64,000 nucleotides of DNA from NCBI RefSeq assembly GCF_018350175.1, contig NC_058368.1, positions 43,216,001 to 43,280,000 on the forward strand, in the 5' to 3' direction. Position numbers and translations under genes: made by a program. Source of the stretch: Felis catus. Its lineage: Eukaryota. Positions 36,708 to 50,629 of the stretch are shown here, piece by piece. The notes beneath the pieces are model-generated. The model saw nothing but the letters and a program-made list of their open reading frames with translations. It searched no databases and was not told the DNA's origin. Within the stretch, counting starts at the first letter, position 1. Each line of letters begins with the position of its first letter.

Positions 36708-39700
36708 ATTTGGCACCACCAAGTAGCAATGAAGAATCAGAAGAAGGCTGTATACCATACAGACAAATGGCATTTATGCCTTGATTTTCCTGGAATCTCT
36801 TTTGGCCTCCTTGGACTTTAGAATGTTTATTCTGAAGATCTACCTCCTCTTTGTGTATTTTGCCTTGGTTTCCAGAACTCAGCAGCCTACATTCTTCATG
36901 ATAGCCATTGATCTTTTTAAATGTGTAAGTCTTATGTTTACTGAATATTTTTGCATCCACTAGAAAGTTACCATGTTTTAACTATGCTAGTATTTCTTTT
37001 AGGATAATTATTGTTTTTCATAGTGTTATGGTTATATGATCACATAATTTTTGAGTGAACGGTTGCAAACCCATTTTAGGCATTAGTCCTGATATTTTTA
37101 GACTGGAAATTTGCAGAACACAAAATTTTTCAGTAATTTTGTTGTACATTGAGTTGTAGCAGAAATGCATGTATCGGACATCATAGGATATATGAGGAAG
37201 AGTAATTGTGACTCCACTTTCAACATTTATAGCACTGTGTAACTTTTTTAAATGAAACCACTACATATGTAGTATAAGTAATCCTATAGTATGCTTTTCA
37301 TGGAGTTTATCACATAAGAATTATGGAGTGATTGATTTATACATTTGTGTATAAAATCTTAACACAGGAGTTTTATTTATTCATTCATCCAGGAAATATT
37401 TATTGAGTCCCATTTCAATATATTACGTCATATTACTTACCCTTTTCAAGGGGGCACTCTCAGATCATGTTTGTGGGTATGGAGTCTGTTTCCTGTTCTG
37501 TGGCCATCAGAAGACCTTCTGTCTCTTTACATATAAACATATAATCTTAGGATATAATTCCAACCATAGAACTTCATATCCAAGTTCTATTAATATTTAA
37601 GACAAACAAATAATTTGGCTAATTAGTTCTCATACAGTATTCTGACAAAGCCAGACCTGTATGAGCAATTCTAATTTTGTCTTATTTGCAAGGTATTCTT
37701 GCATGTAGAAGAATATGCTATATATAAAAAAAATCTTACAAAAGTTCAGACTTGTTAATACTTTGTAAGTCTCTGGTAAGCGTTCCATGACTGGAAGAGA
37801 ATATTCATAAGTCCTTTACATACCATGATTGATCAGATACAAAAACAGAATAAATCTTTACTAATAAAAGTATTTGAATATAATAGCTGCCTTCAACAAA
37901 TTGTTCTGTAAATTTGGTATTTTTAAACAAACAAAATTATCCCAAGAGCATAAGGAAATGTTTTTATATATTTGTTAGTAGGTTAAGCAGATTATCTGCT
38001 AACATTAACAATTTTTTTCATAATTAATGTAATGAATTTTATATATAAACCTATATAGTTATTTCTATCTTATTGGTTTGAATTGGTCTTCACTGGTCAC
38101 TTACTTATACTTTATTTCACACACACACACAAAATGACTGTTTGTATTTGTTATAGTCAAGTGGCTGAACTTCACATTTGAATCCTCGAGACTATTATCT
38201 TAGTTGTGGAAAAACAGTTTTTAAAATGAGCTTTAAAGACTGTCTAACATATTTTAAAATATTTCATTTTTTAGAGCATCAGAGGAAAGGAAGTGGAACA
38301 AATTATCCAGTTACCTAAGATTTCAAGTTCATCTTAGGTTCAATCTTTGAAGTCAATTGCATTTGGAATTTTTAGATGTAATTCTTTCTGCAAATTTTAG
38401 ATCCCAGGTGGTATCAAATACAGTATTATAGATCCAAAGCTTTTTGTTATAGAAGACTTGCAGCATTAATAGGCTGACACTGTTTGGATAACCTCAATCA
38501 TTCATAAGCCTTTTAAAATATTTTTTTATCATTTTGGAGTCTAATAAACTAATAGAATTCAATTTTCATGTTACTTGAGTCTTTGGATCTCTTACCAGAA
38601 TTCTGACATCCATTAGCCATTGTCTGAATTAGGTGACTGCTGTGGTAAAGAATAAGCCATAACAAATTATCTCATTACAAATATAATATACACAACAGCT
38701 GGAGTTTTTCTGTCTCATATTCTCATTCTGACTGACATAAGCTGCTAGCTGTAGTTTCCCATTTTCTGAATAAGGTTTTTGTCAAGATCAGGAAGCCAGG
38801 TACTTTGCTAAAAGCTTTTTATGATGCAAAGAAATAGAAACCATCAGGTTTCCCTGATTTTAGTAGTTTTCTTTTCTTTTTTTTATTCATTTTTACCCAT
38901 GATAATCAATTCATTTATTTTAATGTCTATGTGTGATATTTCTGTGCTTTTATTTATGGTTCACTTATTTTACTTTTAGAAAGTGTCAATAATAAAATGG
39001 CTTAGTACTGAAAATGACTTTATACAACTTTAAATGACTTCATTTAATATAATATAATATAAAATGTTTTTTAAAATTCATAAAACATGTAACGAATAAA
39101 GCTGAATTAAACAATATTTTAATGATAAATACAACTAGAAAATCTAACATGCAAATTGTCCATTAACTTATCTCTTATTTTAAGATACAGAAAAATTTCT
39201 GAAAACTTCTGGAAGATATATATACATATGTATATATGTATATATATATATGTATAGGGTTACATCACTATATACATAATTGTTCTTTATCTTTCAGTAT
39301 CCTCAAAAAGGGAGCATGATTTAAACACTGTTTACATATTGAATATGTCTTAATATGTTTTTTTCTAAGCAATGCTGTTAAGCAGAAACAAACATCTGTG
39401 ACCTATTTAAAAATTATCGGGTGTCCACTGTTGGTAGAGATACCAAATTATACAGTAAGTGCAAGGATCATTGCTCCTTCTCCCCTCTCTCTCCCTCCTG
39501 TCTTTCTTTCTCTTCCAATGATGCTCATGATACAATGATCCATGCCTGGAGGGAGTGTCTCACTGACTTAACTAAGAAACTTTAGATATAATCAAGCCAC
39601 AGAAGACTTAGACTGTCATTCCAGCTTTTCTCTGTAATTGATCCCTCTATACACAATTCAGCCTCAGGAAGAAGCATGACATAAGCAGAAGCAAAAGAAA

Positions 39701-40110
39701 TCTGTAAGGATTATCAACTGTGGGAATTAGATAGTGGGTTTCTTTTCAAATTTTTTGCCAATTATTAGGGGTGAGAAAGGAGTAAAAATAGATATTTTAT
39801 TCTTGAATATGTAATGACTAGGAAGAAAACAAATATGGAAAATAGTCACACTGAATAACACATCAGAAATTGAGAAAAATTGAACATCAACCTATTAATT
39901 TTTATGTTTATCGATTAATACTCCTTTCCTCTTTGAAATTTAATTTTTGGTATATGTTATTCATACAATAATATAACCAAGCTAGTGTAAACATCATTCT
40001 CTGAATTGTTTTATTACAATTACCCTTTATTTAAATTATGTTTCAATCTGCATAAAATATTTCTATTAAAATATATGTATGTTTAAGCATTCACATTTAA
40101 AATTTTTTAA

Positions 40111-40147
40111 AAATATTTTTAGAAATTTTTTCAGTGTTTATTTTTTT

Positions 40148-40183
<36 letters not shown>

Positions 40184-40311
40184 ATCCAAAGTAGGCTCCA
40201 GGCTCTGAGCTGTCAGCACAGAGCCTGATGCAGGGCTTGAACCCATGTACTGCGAGACCATGACCTGAGATGAAGTTGGATACTTAACCCACTGAGCCAC
40301 CCAGGCACCCC
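40111..40311 (-). mobile_element. CanSINE
   Basis: AGGCTCCAGGCTCTGAGCTGTCAGCACAGAGCC...GCCACCCAGGCACCCC; degenerate TSD TAAAAT(TT/AA)TTTAA. Confidence 0.95.
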
Positions 40312-40544
40312 TAAAATAATTTAATTATATACAAAAGTTATACTTGTGTATGTCTGTGTATAACATTATGTCAGAAGAAAGCTCAAGAATATGATTATAT
40401 TAACAGAATTGAACATTGTGATTGTTCTGTTCAGTCATACTGACTAAAGAATGACACAGATTCACCTGTTTTCCAACCTAATTATTCTAGAGTATAGCGG
40501 CAGGAAACATATTTCTGAATCTCAAACTTCTTTTACTTCTTGGG

Positions 40545-40660
40545 AATGCATTAATTTTTGTGTTTACATATTTTGAGTGCTGAGCACTGTGTTATGTTTT
40601 AGGAACATATCAGTGCACAAATGATGTGACCCTTCCCTTCAGGTTGCCCCAAATATAGTT
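40545..40660 (-). mobile_element. L2 3'-end fragment
   Basis: CATATTTTGAGTGCT.AGCACTGTGTTA.GT..TAGGAA.ATA.CAGTG.ACAA...CCTTCCCTTCA. Confidence 0.5.
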
Positions 40661-41246
40661 GTACATTCCATTTAATCCACTGCAAAGTCAAGCTTAGTTC
40701 TATGGCCTCTGACATAATTGAGTTCTATGCTTGGTCTCTTGGAACAGATGTCCAATTAACCCCCATAGAGAGAAAGAAAGAGAAACTATCTTAGGTCTTT
40801 TTTTCATTTTCATCAACAACTTCTTTCTCTTCCTTTCATATTCATGCAGAATGTAGTAACGCACACACACACACACACCCTACCCATGCTATTGCATATT
40901 ACAAGTAACTTAACGGCTCCTCAAAATAAGGGTTTATATTTCCTTTGTAAGAGACCTAATGATTTCTTCCACCCACAATCCTTATTTATGTGATGACTAT
41001 CAATAACATTTATTTTTATATGTATGTCTATAGACATTATGGTATTCCAATATCCAGTAAGTCATACTGGATTTTTTTATATAATATTTGTATAAAAACA
41101 AGCTTCTTTGTAATTCACATATAATTCCTGTATTTTTTTCAGTTGCACTGGGCTTTTTTTACTCTCTGTAATTTCCAATAAACTTAATACTACATCTTCC
41201 TGATGCAAGGTACTCTGCATATTGTTAATTTCCCCCTCTTAAATCC

Positions 41247-41460
41247 ATAGTGACATACGAGAATCTGGAGTAGATGGTCTCTATAAATAATTAGCTATAT
41301 TATTTTTTCAAAATTACTTAACCTTTATTATTCTTCATCTATATATCAGGAATGATGACAACATATACCTTATAGAGCTGTTATGGGAATTAAATCATGT
41401 AAAACATTTATACATTTTCCTGGTATACAGTAAGTACTAAGTAAGTGCTAGCAATTTATT
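41247..41460 (+). mobile_element. MIR SINE
   Basis: TCTGGAGTAGA...AATTACTTAACCT...CTTCATCTATA...ATACCTTATAGAGCTGTTATGGGAATTAAAT...CCTGGTATACAGTAAGTACT. Confidence 0.75.
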
Positions 41461-41699
41461 TTTAAGACCATAACATGTGGCTGAATTACAGTAGGTATTA
41501 GAATGTTGAGAATCACAAAATTTTAGCCCACTCTTCACATAACTACTCACATTCCAAGATCTAGAGTAAATGTGTACATCCTGTTCTATGAAGTTGTTGC
41601 TAACATATTAGAAAAGACAGCTGCCATTATTCTTTCAACATCTATATAGCAATTTTGTGTCTTATTTTTGTTGAAATAAGTATCACAACCTAATATTTT

Positions 41700-41705
41700 T
41701 AAAAT

Positions 41706-41749
<44 letters not shown>

Positions 41750-41969
41750 TTTTTAAATCTTTATTTGTTTTTGAGAGAGAGAGAGAGAGACAAAGAGACA
41801 GAGTGTGAGTGGGGGTAGAACGCAGAGAGAGGGAGACGCAGAATCTGAAGCAGGCTCCAGGCTCTGAGCTGTCAGCACAGAGACAGACTGAGGCTGGAAC
41901 TAATGAATTGTGAGATCATGACCTGAGGTGAAGTCAGAGGCTTAACTGACTGAGCCACCCAGGCGCCCC
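41700..41969 (-). mobile_element. CanSINE with (TTTA)n-expanded tail
   Basis: Full body. Degenerate 15-bp TSD ACAACCTAATATTTT / AGAACCTAGCATTTT; (TTTA)n at about 41704-41747. Confidence 0.96.
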
Positions 41970-42029
41970 AGAACCTAGCATTTTAGATTCCGGGATGGAG
42001 ACTAAAAAATACCGTTAAACATTCTGCCT

Positions 42030-42190
42030 TTGCTAAACTTCTAACTTGTCAAAACTTCAATGTGCTCACATGTTAAATGAAAATAATAATAGTAATTTTC
42101 TCATAGGGTTTCTGAAATAAGTTAATAAAGGTATGCCTATAGAGGACCAAACATACCGTGAACACATATAAATGCCAACTATTTCATTAT
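42030..42190 (+). mobile_element. MIR SINE fragment
   Basis: CTTCAATGTGCTCACATGTTAAATGAAAATAATAATAGTA..TTCTCATAGGGTT...TAAATGCCAACTATT. Confidence 0.65.
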
Positions 42191-44906
42191 AATGATTCAT
42201 CTATCCTGTTGTCACCATCATTTCGAGTGTCTGGCATCCAATGGACTGTGGTCAAAAAGATGGCTGTGAGGAATTAAGTCTCTTAGGAAATGTGAGAAAT
42301 GTTGGGGAGTCCTTGACCTAACACAGTTTTAGCCAGTTTTGCCTAGAGTGGGTTTTCTGAAAGACTGCAGGTGACATGTAAATTATACAAGTTGAAATTG
42401 ATTGCCCTGTGTCTTGGCATCCTGTGGTGTCATAAAACAAATCAAGTTGCAAGTAATGAACTAAATGAATGTTTTTAGCTGTCTGGAAAATGTGGGTAAA
42501 ACCTACATCCTAAATACCTCATCCTTCCTTCCTTCCTTTCCTTCTTTCCCTCCTTCCTTCTTCTCTCCTATTCTTCCCTTCTTTTTCCTTTCTTCTTGCT
42601 TTTAATTTTTTCAACATAGATATCTAGAATTCTATGTAGTACATTATATTTTAAAAATAAAGTATTTTGTAGGAGATAATTTTAATAACAAACTTATGTT
42701 TGATTTTAGAATATAGAAACTATCAGACCCTATACTCTAATAAGCTTAAATAAAAATATTTAAGTTTTTTCTAAATCAAACTAAATGAACATGACTTCTG
42801 AAATGATCATTGAGTCATAAAATGGGACAGATTTACTTTCTGCTTTATCAAATAAAATGAGACATGTATTTTCACTGTAAAGGCTTAGGATTAAAAAAAA
42901 TCACAGGTAAGCGACAAGATAGCATTAATTTTTTCACTGCTAGCATGTGTTTGTCCATCTCATTCCCCAGACTAAAGAAGACAAATAACTCCCAGTCAGA
43001 ATGCACAGAATATTCTCACTTAATTTGCCTCATTTGTCTATGTGTGTTGTTGCAGAACTTTTGGAAAACAATAAATTGCTCTCTTTTTACATATCTTGGC
43101 CACTTTGAACAAACTGAAATATATGTGGTTTTTGATGAGTCTTTACATTTGCTAACTTATATTACCCAGTATCTCTAACCTGGAGTTATTTTGTATGAAA
43201 AAAAATCTTCAGTTTTGTCACTTTTAAGTTCCATTGTTCTTTTCAGCACTCAGTATATCTCTAGTTTGATTTTTTTAATTTACCATTAATTACGTATTCT
43301 CAAATGTTTGTATCACAAAGTCTCTTGATGTCCCTGGAGAGAGTATATTATAAAGTTAGATTGTGAGATGTCTGAGTCTTTTGTCAATGTTGGTTGGAGG
43401 AGAGCTTCTCATATTCCTTAAGAGAGGAAACTGATATCATACTGCACATCAGTAACATTTTTTTCCTCTAAAAGACTGGCAAACAGCCAGTGAAACACTC
43501 AGCGGAGTTTTCTATTGATTGTCCTGTGGCTTGCAGAAGAGTATATATTTCTGTGTCTGAAACAGTATGATTCTATTGTTGAAGAAGGGTAAATCTCCTG
43601 TAGATTAATAAATATAAAGATGAGGTTGTTTTTTTTTTCAGAACTGAAGTGATAGGGTCGTGGTTTTAATATCTTAGGCAAGAAGAAAGAATTTGGTACA
43701 AGTTAAGACTGATGTTTATTGCATGGGTATTACATGGATCCATATCCTTTAGTAATGGTATGCTTTTTAATGGCACACCATTACAATTATTTGATTAATG
43801 TTTTGTACTCTGGGTCATATATTACATAATATCAGCCATTTGGGAGGGTGGGCTTATCTGGCATGATGCATCAATATTTCTGATTATTCTAAGCTTCCTC
43901 AAGCCTTTGTTTTTGAGCAGGCTACCTGCACTACCTGGGTTGTTCTAACTGTGGTTTTAGCAAGTCAAAACTTAATCTTTAAGATTCACTTCAAACTATA
44001 CTTTTACAATTCAATTATAAGGTGGAAAGGTGACAAAAATATATTAGTGTGGTCAAGAAAAAATAATATCTAATAATTAAATAAGTGGAATTTCAGAAAA
44101 AAAACACTTTATGTGAAAAAAGTAAGAGATTCATACTAAGTTATGAACAATTAGATAAAAAGAAAGTATCTGGTTCTTCATTGAAGATTAATCACAGAAG
44201 CATATTTTTTTGTGTATAGCTGCAAAAAAATGTCAATAAGCATTAGGGTTATCTCTAAACTATAAGCAAACAGGTAAGAATTAGGGTAACTTAAGATGCT
44301 ATGCCTACTCTTCAGAAAACAACACCCTAATAATATGAGAATGTGAATGTTCAGGTGCACAGAATTTTGTAGCTGGTTGGAGTCTGGTGATGGAATTTAA
44401 ACTTCCACTATCCCAGATGAAAATGGGTCAATATGTGGTAAGAGTTAAAGAGGAAACAAAAAAGGGAGGGTCTATTTTATATACATCTGTAAGTTCAGGC
44501 AAAAGTTTTTGAGACATATGAAATCCCTGGCATCAGGCAGTAGGGCTGAAAAGCCACATTTACATCTCCATATGGCCATACTTGCCCTAATAATTAGTCA
44601 ACACTGCTTCATGGAGAAACAAGGAATGGGAAGAAGTGAAACTCACCCTCCTGGAGTGTATAAATCCACTTCTTGTTGGGAGCCACAAGACTGTCAGAAA
44701 CTTGTACAGAAGCACAGGGTGGCTCAGAGACAGGATAGAATGGAAGGGGCATCACATGCTACTCTTCCCATCTGTTTTAAAACATATCCTTTATTGTCAC
44801 GCAGCACCTATGAAGTCAGAGTAAATCTGTCAGTTGATTAATCAATTAAAGAAAGGTTCTCTGAATTACCTGTAAACACTAGAATAAACAACAGAGACTA
44901 GAATTA

Positions 44907-45135
44907 TTTTATTTTATTTATTTTTAAAAATATTTTTTTAACATTTATTTATTTTTGAGACAGAGAGAGCATGAACAGGGGAGGGTCAGAGAAAGAGGGA
45001 GACACAGAATCTGAAACAGGCTCCAGGCTCTGAGCTGTCAGCACAGAGCCCAACGCGGGGCTCAAACCCACGGACCGCGAGTTCATGTCCTGAGCCGAAG
45101 TCGGACGCTTAACCGACTGAGCCACCCAGGCGCCC
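44907..45135 (-). mobile_element. Fairly young feline SINE
   Basis: Retains many CpGs. Perfect 14-bp TSD AGAGACTAGAATTA (44893-44906, 45136-45149). Confidence 0.97.
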
Positions 45136-45557
45136 AGAGACTAGAATTAAAGAAAGAACCCCTCCATAAAACAGTAATGAAAAAAAGATTAACCAATAAG
45201 AACTAAATTTATTACAATCAAATGCCAATTATAGTTTTCTCCTCAAGCAAAAAACAAACAAGAAAACCCAATAAAATCCACAAAAACACACACACACCAA
45301 AAACCACAACCCTCCCCCCGCCCCACAACAAGAAAACCCCAAATAATTATCTTCATATGAAAAAAAAACCAGGAATCTCTGGAATCTTCATTTACATGAC
45401 TTTTAAAGCTTGGATAATGGATATGATACATGCAGGGCCATAACTTTAGGTTAATGTCAATTAAGAAAGATTTTTCCCCCTGTAGCATGGGAGTAATTAA
45501 AAAATATTACACTATACAGATATATAAAAAGATGGAGCTTTTCGCTGAATTTATTTC

Positions 45558-45640
45558 TTGGAAGGCCATAAGAGATCAACTATCCCACGTCCTCATTCTA
45601 TAGATGATGAAATTGAAACTCAAGTTATAAATGTGTTCAA
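45558..45640 (-). mobile_element. MIR3-like fragment
   Basis: TGGAAGGCCATAAGAGATCAACTA.CCCA..CCTCATTCTATAGATGATGAAATTGAAACTCA. Confidence 0.55.
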
Positions 45641-46749
45641 AAGAAAAAACAACAAGCAGGTATTATAACCTCTTATATGTGCCTTTTTTGTTTACTTTCG
45701 AAGGAAAATACTTTCCAATCCCTATCAACTTCCAGCTTCATCTTCAAAGGTGAAGTTTTATTTCAGAAAGAAGTTAGGGCTAAAAGACAATATTTTCTTA
45801 AGGGTATATTACAATAAGGACCCTTAATGACTTTAATGTGTCCTAGCGAGTTCTGAAAAACATTTAAGGGAATGAAACATCATGTATATGTTATACATAT
45901 GTTAGGTTATCACATTTATTCAACAGATAGTATGAATGTATAGTTATACCAATCAAAACTTAGCATAAAAATCATTCAGAGGTAAAGGAAGAAGTGGTTT
46001 GTAAGTGTAAGTTTCTGTCAGGGGAAACTAGCATGATGGTGGTAAGTAGTGATTAGAGCTCATATTCCACTACTATCTCTATTGCGACCTTCTCTGTGCA
46101 GTTAAGTGCTCCTGTTCTCTGTCTAGACACATTAAAAAGGACTTTCAGTTGCTCCAAGGTCACTTTCAGACTTCTGCACCAGTTCAATAATGTTGAAATA
46201 ATTTTGTGCATGACAAAACAAATTTTGGACTTTTTTTGTATGTGTGAAAATTAAATTTTATACCTCTTGCTAGGTAACGGACAGAACAAATAAACTTCTT
46301 TTTTTGTGTGTGTGTGCTGTTATTTTTGCTTCTCCTCCATGCATACTTCGACATTATCATAGCATATTAGTTACAACTGTTTATAGCAATATCTTATTTA
46401 TTTGAGTAAACAGATAAAAGAGGAAGTTAAAAATAATGGAATTCCTTTTTGTAAACTTAGGTATTGCTCAATAAGCACAAACGATATCAGTTTTTATACC
46501 TCTCACTTGTAAGGCATTAGCTTTAAAGCATGATGAAAACTTTATAATACTTTCATTTGGTATACTGATTGAACATTTTAATAAGTAATTTTTCTCAAAA
46601 CTAAGTATTTTTGAAACATATTTTCAACTTCTATTTAATACTAGAGTTTAGATTAGACACATTAGAAAGCTACTTTAAAATCTATTGGTAAATTCTACAT
46701 CAGAACCTCAAAAATGCATATACAAAGGATGTTCAATATGAGCATTTTT

Positions 46750-46980
46750 GGATGTGAGGGCGATCTGGCTGTGATATCTGTCACCACACTGATTGCCAGC
46801 ATTGATTCATCGGATCTGGCTGGTGAGATAGGCAGTCCCTTCCTCCCTTACCACTCCCTGTACATCCTTCCTGAAGCTGCCTGCCAGGTTGAAGAAAACG
46901 GACCTTCCCTTCCAGATAGAGGATTGTTCTGTCAAGGGTATAGGAGTAGCTGCTGTCTCCTGCTACAATCTTCCAACAAG
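46750..46980 (+). pseudogene. RN7SK: 7SK snRNA retropseudogene, 3'-truncated (about nt 1-232 of ~331)
   Basis: Starts exactly at the 7SK 5' end GGATGTGAGGGCGATCTGGCTG. Colinear blocks GATCTGGCTGG, CCCTTCCTCCCT, GAAGCTGC, GTCAAGGGTATA.GAGTAGCTGC and CCTGCTA..AACAAG follow. About 22% mismatches over the first 150 nt by hand against the human sequence as I recall it, many at CpG. Lacks the 3' ~100 nt. Confidence 0.95.
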
Positions 46981-47167
46981 GATTTTATTATATTCTAATA
47001 TCTAAAGCATTATGTCATTATATTAAAGTAGTACAAAATAATATTAAAATCTATGATTTGAAAAAAATTATAAAGATTAGAAAAAAATATTTCCAGGCTG
47101 CAAAGGAAATGATAGAGTCATGTGGTTTATCAGAGGTAATAATTGAAACTGAGTGACATTTGGCTTT

Positions 47168-47381
47168 ATTTTTTTTAATTTTTCTAAATGTTTATTTATT
47201 TTTGAGAGAGGACAGTGCAAACAGGAGAGGGGCAGAGAGAGAGGGGTACACAGAGTCCAAAGTAGGCTCCAGGCTCTGAGCTGTCAGCACAGAGCCCGAT
47301 GCGGGGCTTGAACCAGTGAACCATGAGATCATGAGCTAAGCCCAAGTTGGACACTTAACCGACTGAACCACCCAGGTGCCC
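47168..47381 (-). mobile_element. CanSINE
   Basis: Full body; degenerate TSD TGACATTTGGCTT / TGACACTGGGTTT. Confidence 0.95.
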
Positions 47382-47785
47382 TGACACTGGGTTTCTAATA
47401 GCTGCATCTCAAAATAAGCTACTGATGATAATACACATTTTACTTAATTAAACAATTAGTGTAGTGAAGCAGAAAAAATATATATAGTAAGCAGGAGATT
47501 TTTTGTCTACTTAGCTTTTAGCTCCTTCCTAAAATGAAATTATATGTGATCACGTTCAGTTATTGTCCTGGACAAGTTCTACTTTCATTAGAGCAATGCT
47601 ATAATGAAGGGGAAATTCCTTTTCATTGTAAATCCCAATCAGTTATTCTGAAGCTCAAACAAAAGATCTTCCCAATTTATTTTTTCAAAAGAATTTTATG
47701 CTGAAAATTATTTGTTTGAGCTACCTTGTTATATTAGACATAAAACATACACTTCCCTGCTAATAGCTGAAACTAATGTTTTCAT

Positions 47786-47957
47786 AGTGAAGGATGGAAT
47801 ATTGAGCTGAGAGTTTAGAGACCTACATTCCACTCCCCTTCCTATCACTTGTTAATTGTATCATATTGGATAAACTGCTTCACCTCACACTGGCTCTGTT
47901 TTCTCAGAAATGGTGGAAATTATACTAAGTGATCTCCAATACGCCTTCCATTACTTC
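47786..47957 (+). mobile_element. MIR/MIR3 SINE
   Basis: TAGTGAAG...GAGTTTAGAGACCT..ATTCCA...TCACTT..TAATTGT.TCATATTGGATAA..TGCTTCACCTC...TGATCTCCAA...CCTTCCA. Confidence 0.6.
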
Positions 47958-48517
47958 ATTTAAGTTTGAAATTGTGTCACCCTGACAAGTTTTCAAATAT
48001 GCAAGCAAGTACTTAACTCCATTTACTCATTGATAACCCTTTTGCTATGTTGGACCTAAAAACAATACTTGCAGAGCGTTTTAGTGAAATATATGAATTG
48101 TGATTTGAATAAGGGCTGATATAAAAAAAATCAATAAGCTCATCACAGCCTTTTAAAAATTAGTATTATGTGATTATAAAAGGCAATACATTATCACTTT
48201 AAAGATTTAAAAAGTTAGAAACTTTATCAAAAAAAATTAAGATCACTTTTAATTCAATGATCTAAAATAATCATTGATAATACTTAAGTATTTTTTCTTT
48301 TTCTATCATACGTTTATTCAACAAATAATTATTGGGTATTCCATTGATCTTTTAGTACTTTTCTTTATTCCTATGAAGTCCTACTGCTTTCTTATTTGTG
48401 TGTGTGTGTGTGTGTGTGTTTATTCTTCAAACAATGAGGACATTGTACCTATGTTTCATATTTGTTGAAACCTTTTCTAATTCATTTGACACTTAATTTA
48501 AAACATATTTTATTACT

Positions 48518-48693
48518 GGGGTGCCTGAGTGGCTCAGTCGGTTAAGTGTTTGACTCTTGGTTTCCGTGCAGGTCATGATCTTATGTAGGTACGGATCCTG
48601 AGATGGAGCCCCACGTCAGCGCATAGTCTGCTGGGTTTCTCTTTCTCTGTCTGTCTCTCTCTCTCTCAAAATAACAACAACAACAAAAACCAC
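48518..48693 (+). mobile_element. CanSINE (older, internally shortened)
   Basis: GGGGTGCCTGAGTGGCTCAGTCGGTTAAG head; TSD AAACATATTTTATTA (48501-48515, 48694-48708). Confidence 0.94.
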
Positions 48694-49279
48694 AAACATA
48701 TTTTATTATTTAACTTTCATTCTTTTCCAGTCATTTTTCTTTTACTTTTCATTTTTACTCTTCTATTGCTGTGAAGTAATACCCTCTTATTCATAAATTA
48801 ATAGAAACTCACATATAAGAAGGCATTCAGTAGATACATATTTACTTATATATATCTTGTGTTCTTCAAAATAATTGATATAAACTTTAGAATCTATTAT
48901 ACCATTAAAAATTAGGTGGATTTTTTTTTGCAATAGCCAATTTCACCCAAAGCATTTGCTAGCTAATTCATATTTTAATATTACCTTTAGTAGCTATTTT
49001 TATTATATGTTGAATTCCTAAATATTTCCAGATAAAGATTTCTCATATGTGATTTGATCTTTAACCTGTTTATCCTTCACAACCCGGTTTTAGTTGTTGC
49101 AACTCTATGGCATTTGTGGTATTTTATTTATTTATTTTTTTAATTTTGCGATATTTTAAAGCACACATACTCAAACCCTCATTGCACTTGTTTATTAAAG
49201 ATTATCTTGGAAATTCTGCACTGGTATGGGTATGTACCTTTCTATACATGTACCTTTCTAAATAAAAACCTTTATTTTT

Positions 49280-49485
49280 GGGGACGCCTGGGTGGCTCAG
49301 TCGGGTAAGTGTCCCACTTCAGCTCAGGTCATGATCTTACACTCCGTGAGTTTAAGCCCGCGTCGGGCTCTGTGCTGACAGCTCGGAGCCTGGAATCTGC
49401 TTCGGATTCTGTGACTCCTTCTCTCTCTGCCCCTCCGCCTCTCACTGTCTCTCTTTCAAAAATAAATAAACGTCAAAAAAAAAAG
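49280..49485 (+). mobile_element. Feline SINE, CpG-retaining
   Basis: 13-bp TSD AACCTTTATTTTT (49267-49279, 49486-49498). Confidence 0.97.
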
Positions 49486-50264
49486 AACCTTTATTTTTAT
49501 TTTCATTACTTTGCTCTTGAAAAATTAAGCCAAAGTGATAAAATATATATCAGTAAATATGGTTTTAATAATCACAGAATTAGTTGTATATTTTAGTCAT
49601 TTCTGATAAAAAAGAAGCGGGGGAAAGAAACATAATATCAAATATAAATGTATCAACATATTTATAGTAATCTCAGAGTCTGCTAGCTATAATATGTAGA
49701 AAACTATACGGTAATGTTAATTTTTTTTGTTCTCTAAACTTTGGACCAAAAATTACTGACAGTAGAATTTTAGATTTTTTTTCTAACTGATAAAAATATT
49801 GTGACATATTTTCATAATTTATACTTTACAGTGATCTATATCAATTTCTTCTCCAAAAATTACAGCTGTATCTCCCATGCAAAACTGTTCAACTACTTTT
49901 CATCAGGCCTGAAAATTTTCCTGAAAGAAATCAATGCTAAAATAAAGCACTATTTGTAAATGTAAAAGTCTCTTAATATTGAACAAAATATTCTACTTTC
50001 TAAAAATGTTCAAATTATCAGCATAGTTATAGATATGATATTATACTGTATAATGATCACATTTGAAAATATATTTTTGGAAAAATTTTAAGAAATAATA
50101 ACAAAATTATATGGCAAATACTTTTACAGAAAGATATTCAATATAATTATCTTATACAATTTAAATGGGAGTTTAGCCCTAAGGATTTTCAAATTAAACA
50201 CTAATTTTGACATAAATTATATTTTTTATTTCATTTTTTAAAGTATTTTGTCTTCAGACCCCTT

Positions 50265-50629
50265 AAATTTTTTTTTCTTATTATCTCTGGTGCTGTACTA
50301 TTTCTTTATATTGTATTTAGAAGAAGATTCATTTTAATTTATTTTGCTTGGAATTAAGTGAGTATTTTGAATCTGAAGATTGATATCTTTCATTCATTCT
50401 GGAAAATTAGAAGCAATTGTAACTTCACATATTTAATTTACCTTACCCATTTCCTATGGTCTCTGACCTCTGACTATATCCTCACATCTCTTATTCTTTT
50501 ATCTCTATTTTCCTTCTTTTTCTCTTCATAGGGTATGTGATAGAAAATATCTTCTGAGGAATTTTTCAGTTAAATAACTTTTTTTCTGTCTAACCCACTG
50601 TCAAATATGTGCAATGTGAATTTTTAAAA
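50265..50629 (-). mobile_element. Ancient L1M ORF1-region fragment
   Basis: TTTATTTTGCTTGGAATT..GTGAG..TTTTGAATCTGAAGATTGATATCTTTCATT..TTCTGGAAAATT...CAATT...CTTCACATATT is typical of reversed old L1M ORF1. Confidence 0.7.

Noticed and set aside
37778..37789. AAGCGTTCCAT resembles the U6 snRNA 3' end
   Set aside because: Only about 11 nt match, and the flanks do not continue the U6 sequence.
44509..44841. 110-aa ORF, and a 44-nt - strand exon-like segment (44690-44647, GAGG|GTGAGT)
   Set aside because: The ORF starts at TTG, has no recognisable domain, and has no supporting neighbouring exons.
46750..46980. Functional 7SK gene
   Set aside because: About one fifth of positions differ from a very conserved RNA, and the 3' hairpin and U-tract region are missing.
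46714..46998. 94-aa ORF
   Set aside because: It is a chance reading frame through the 7SK pseudogene.
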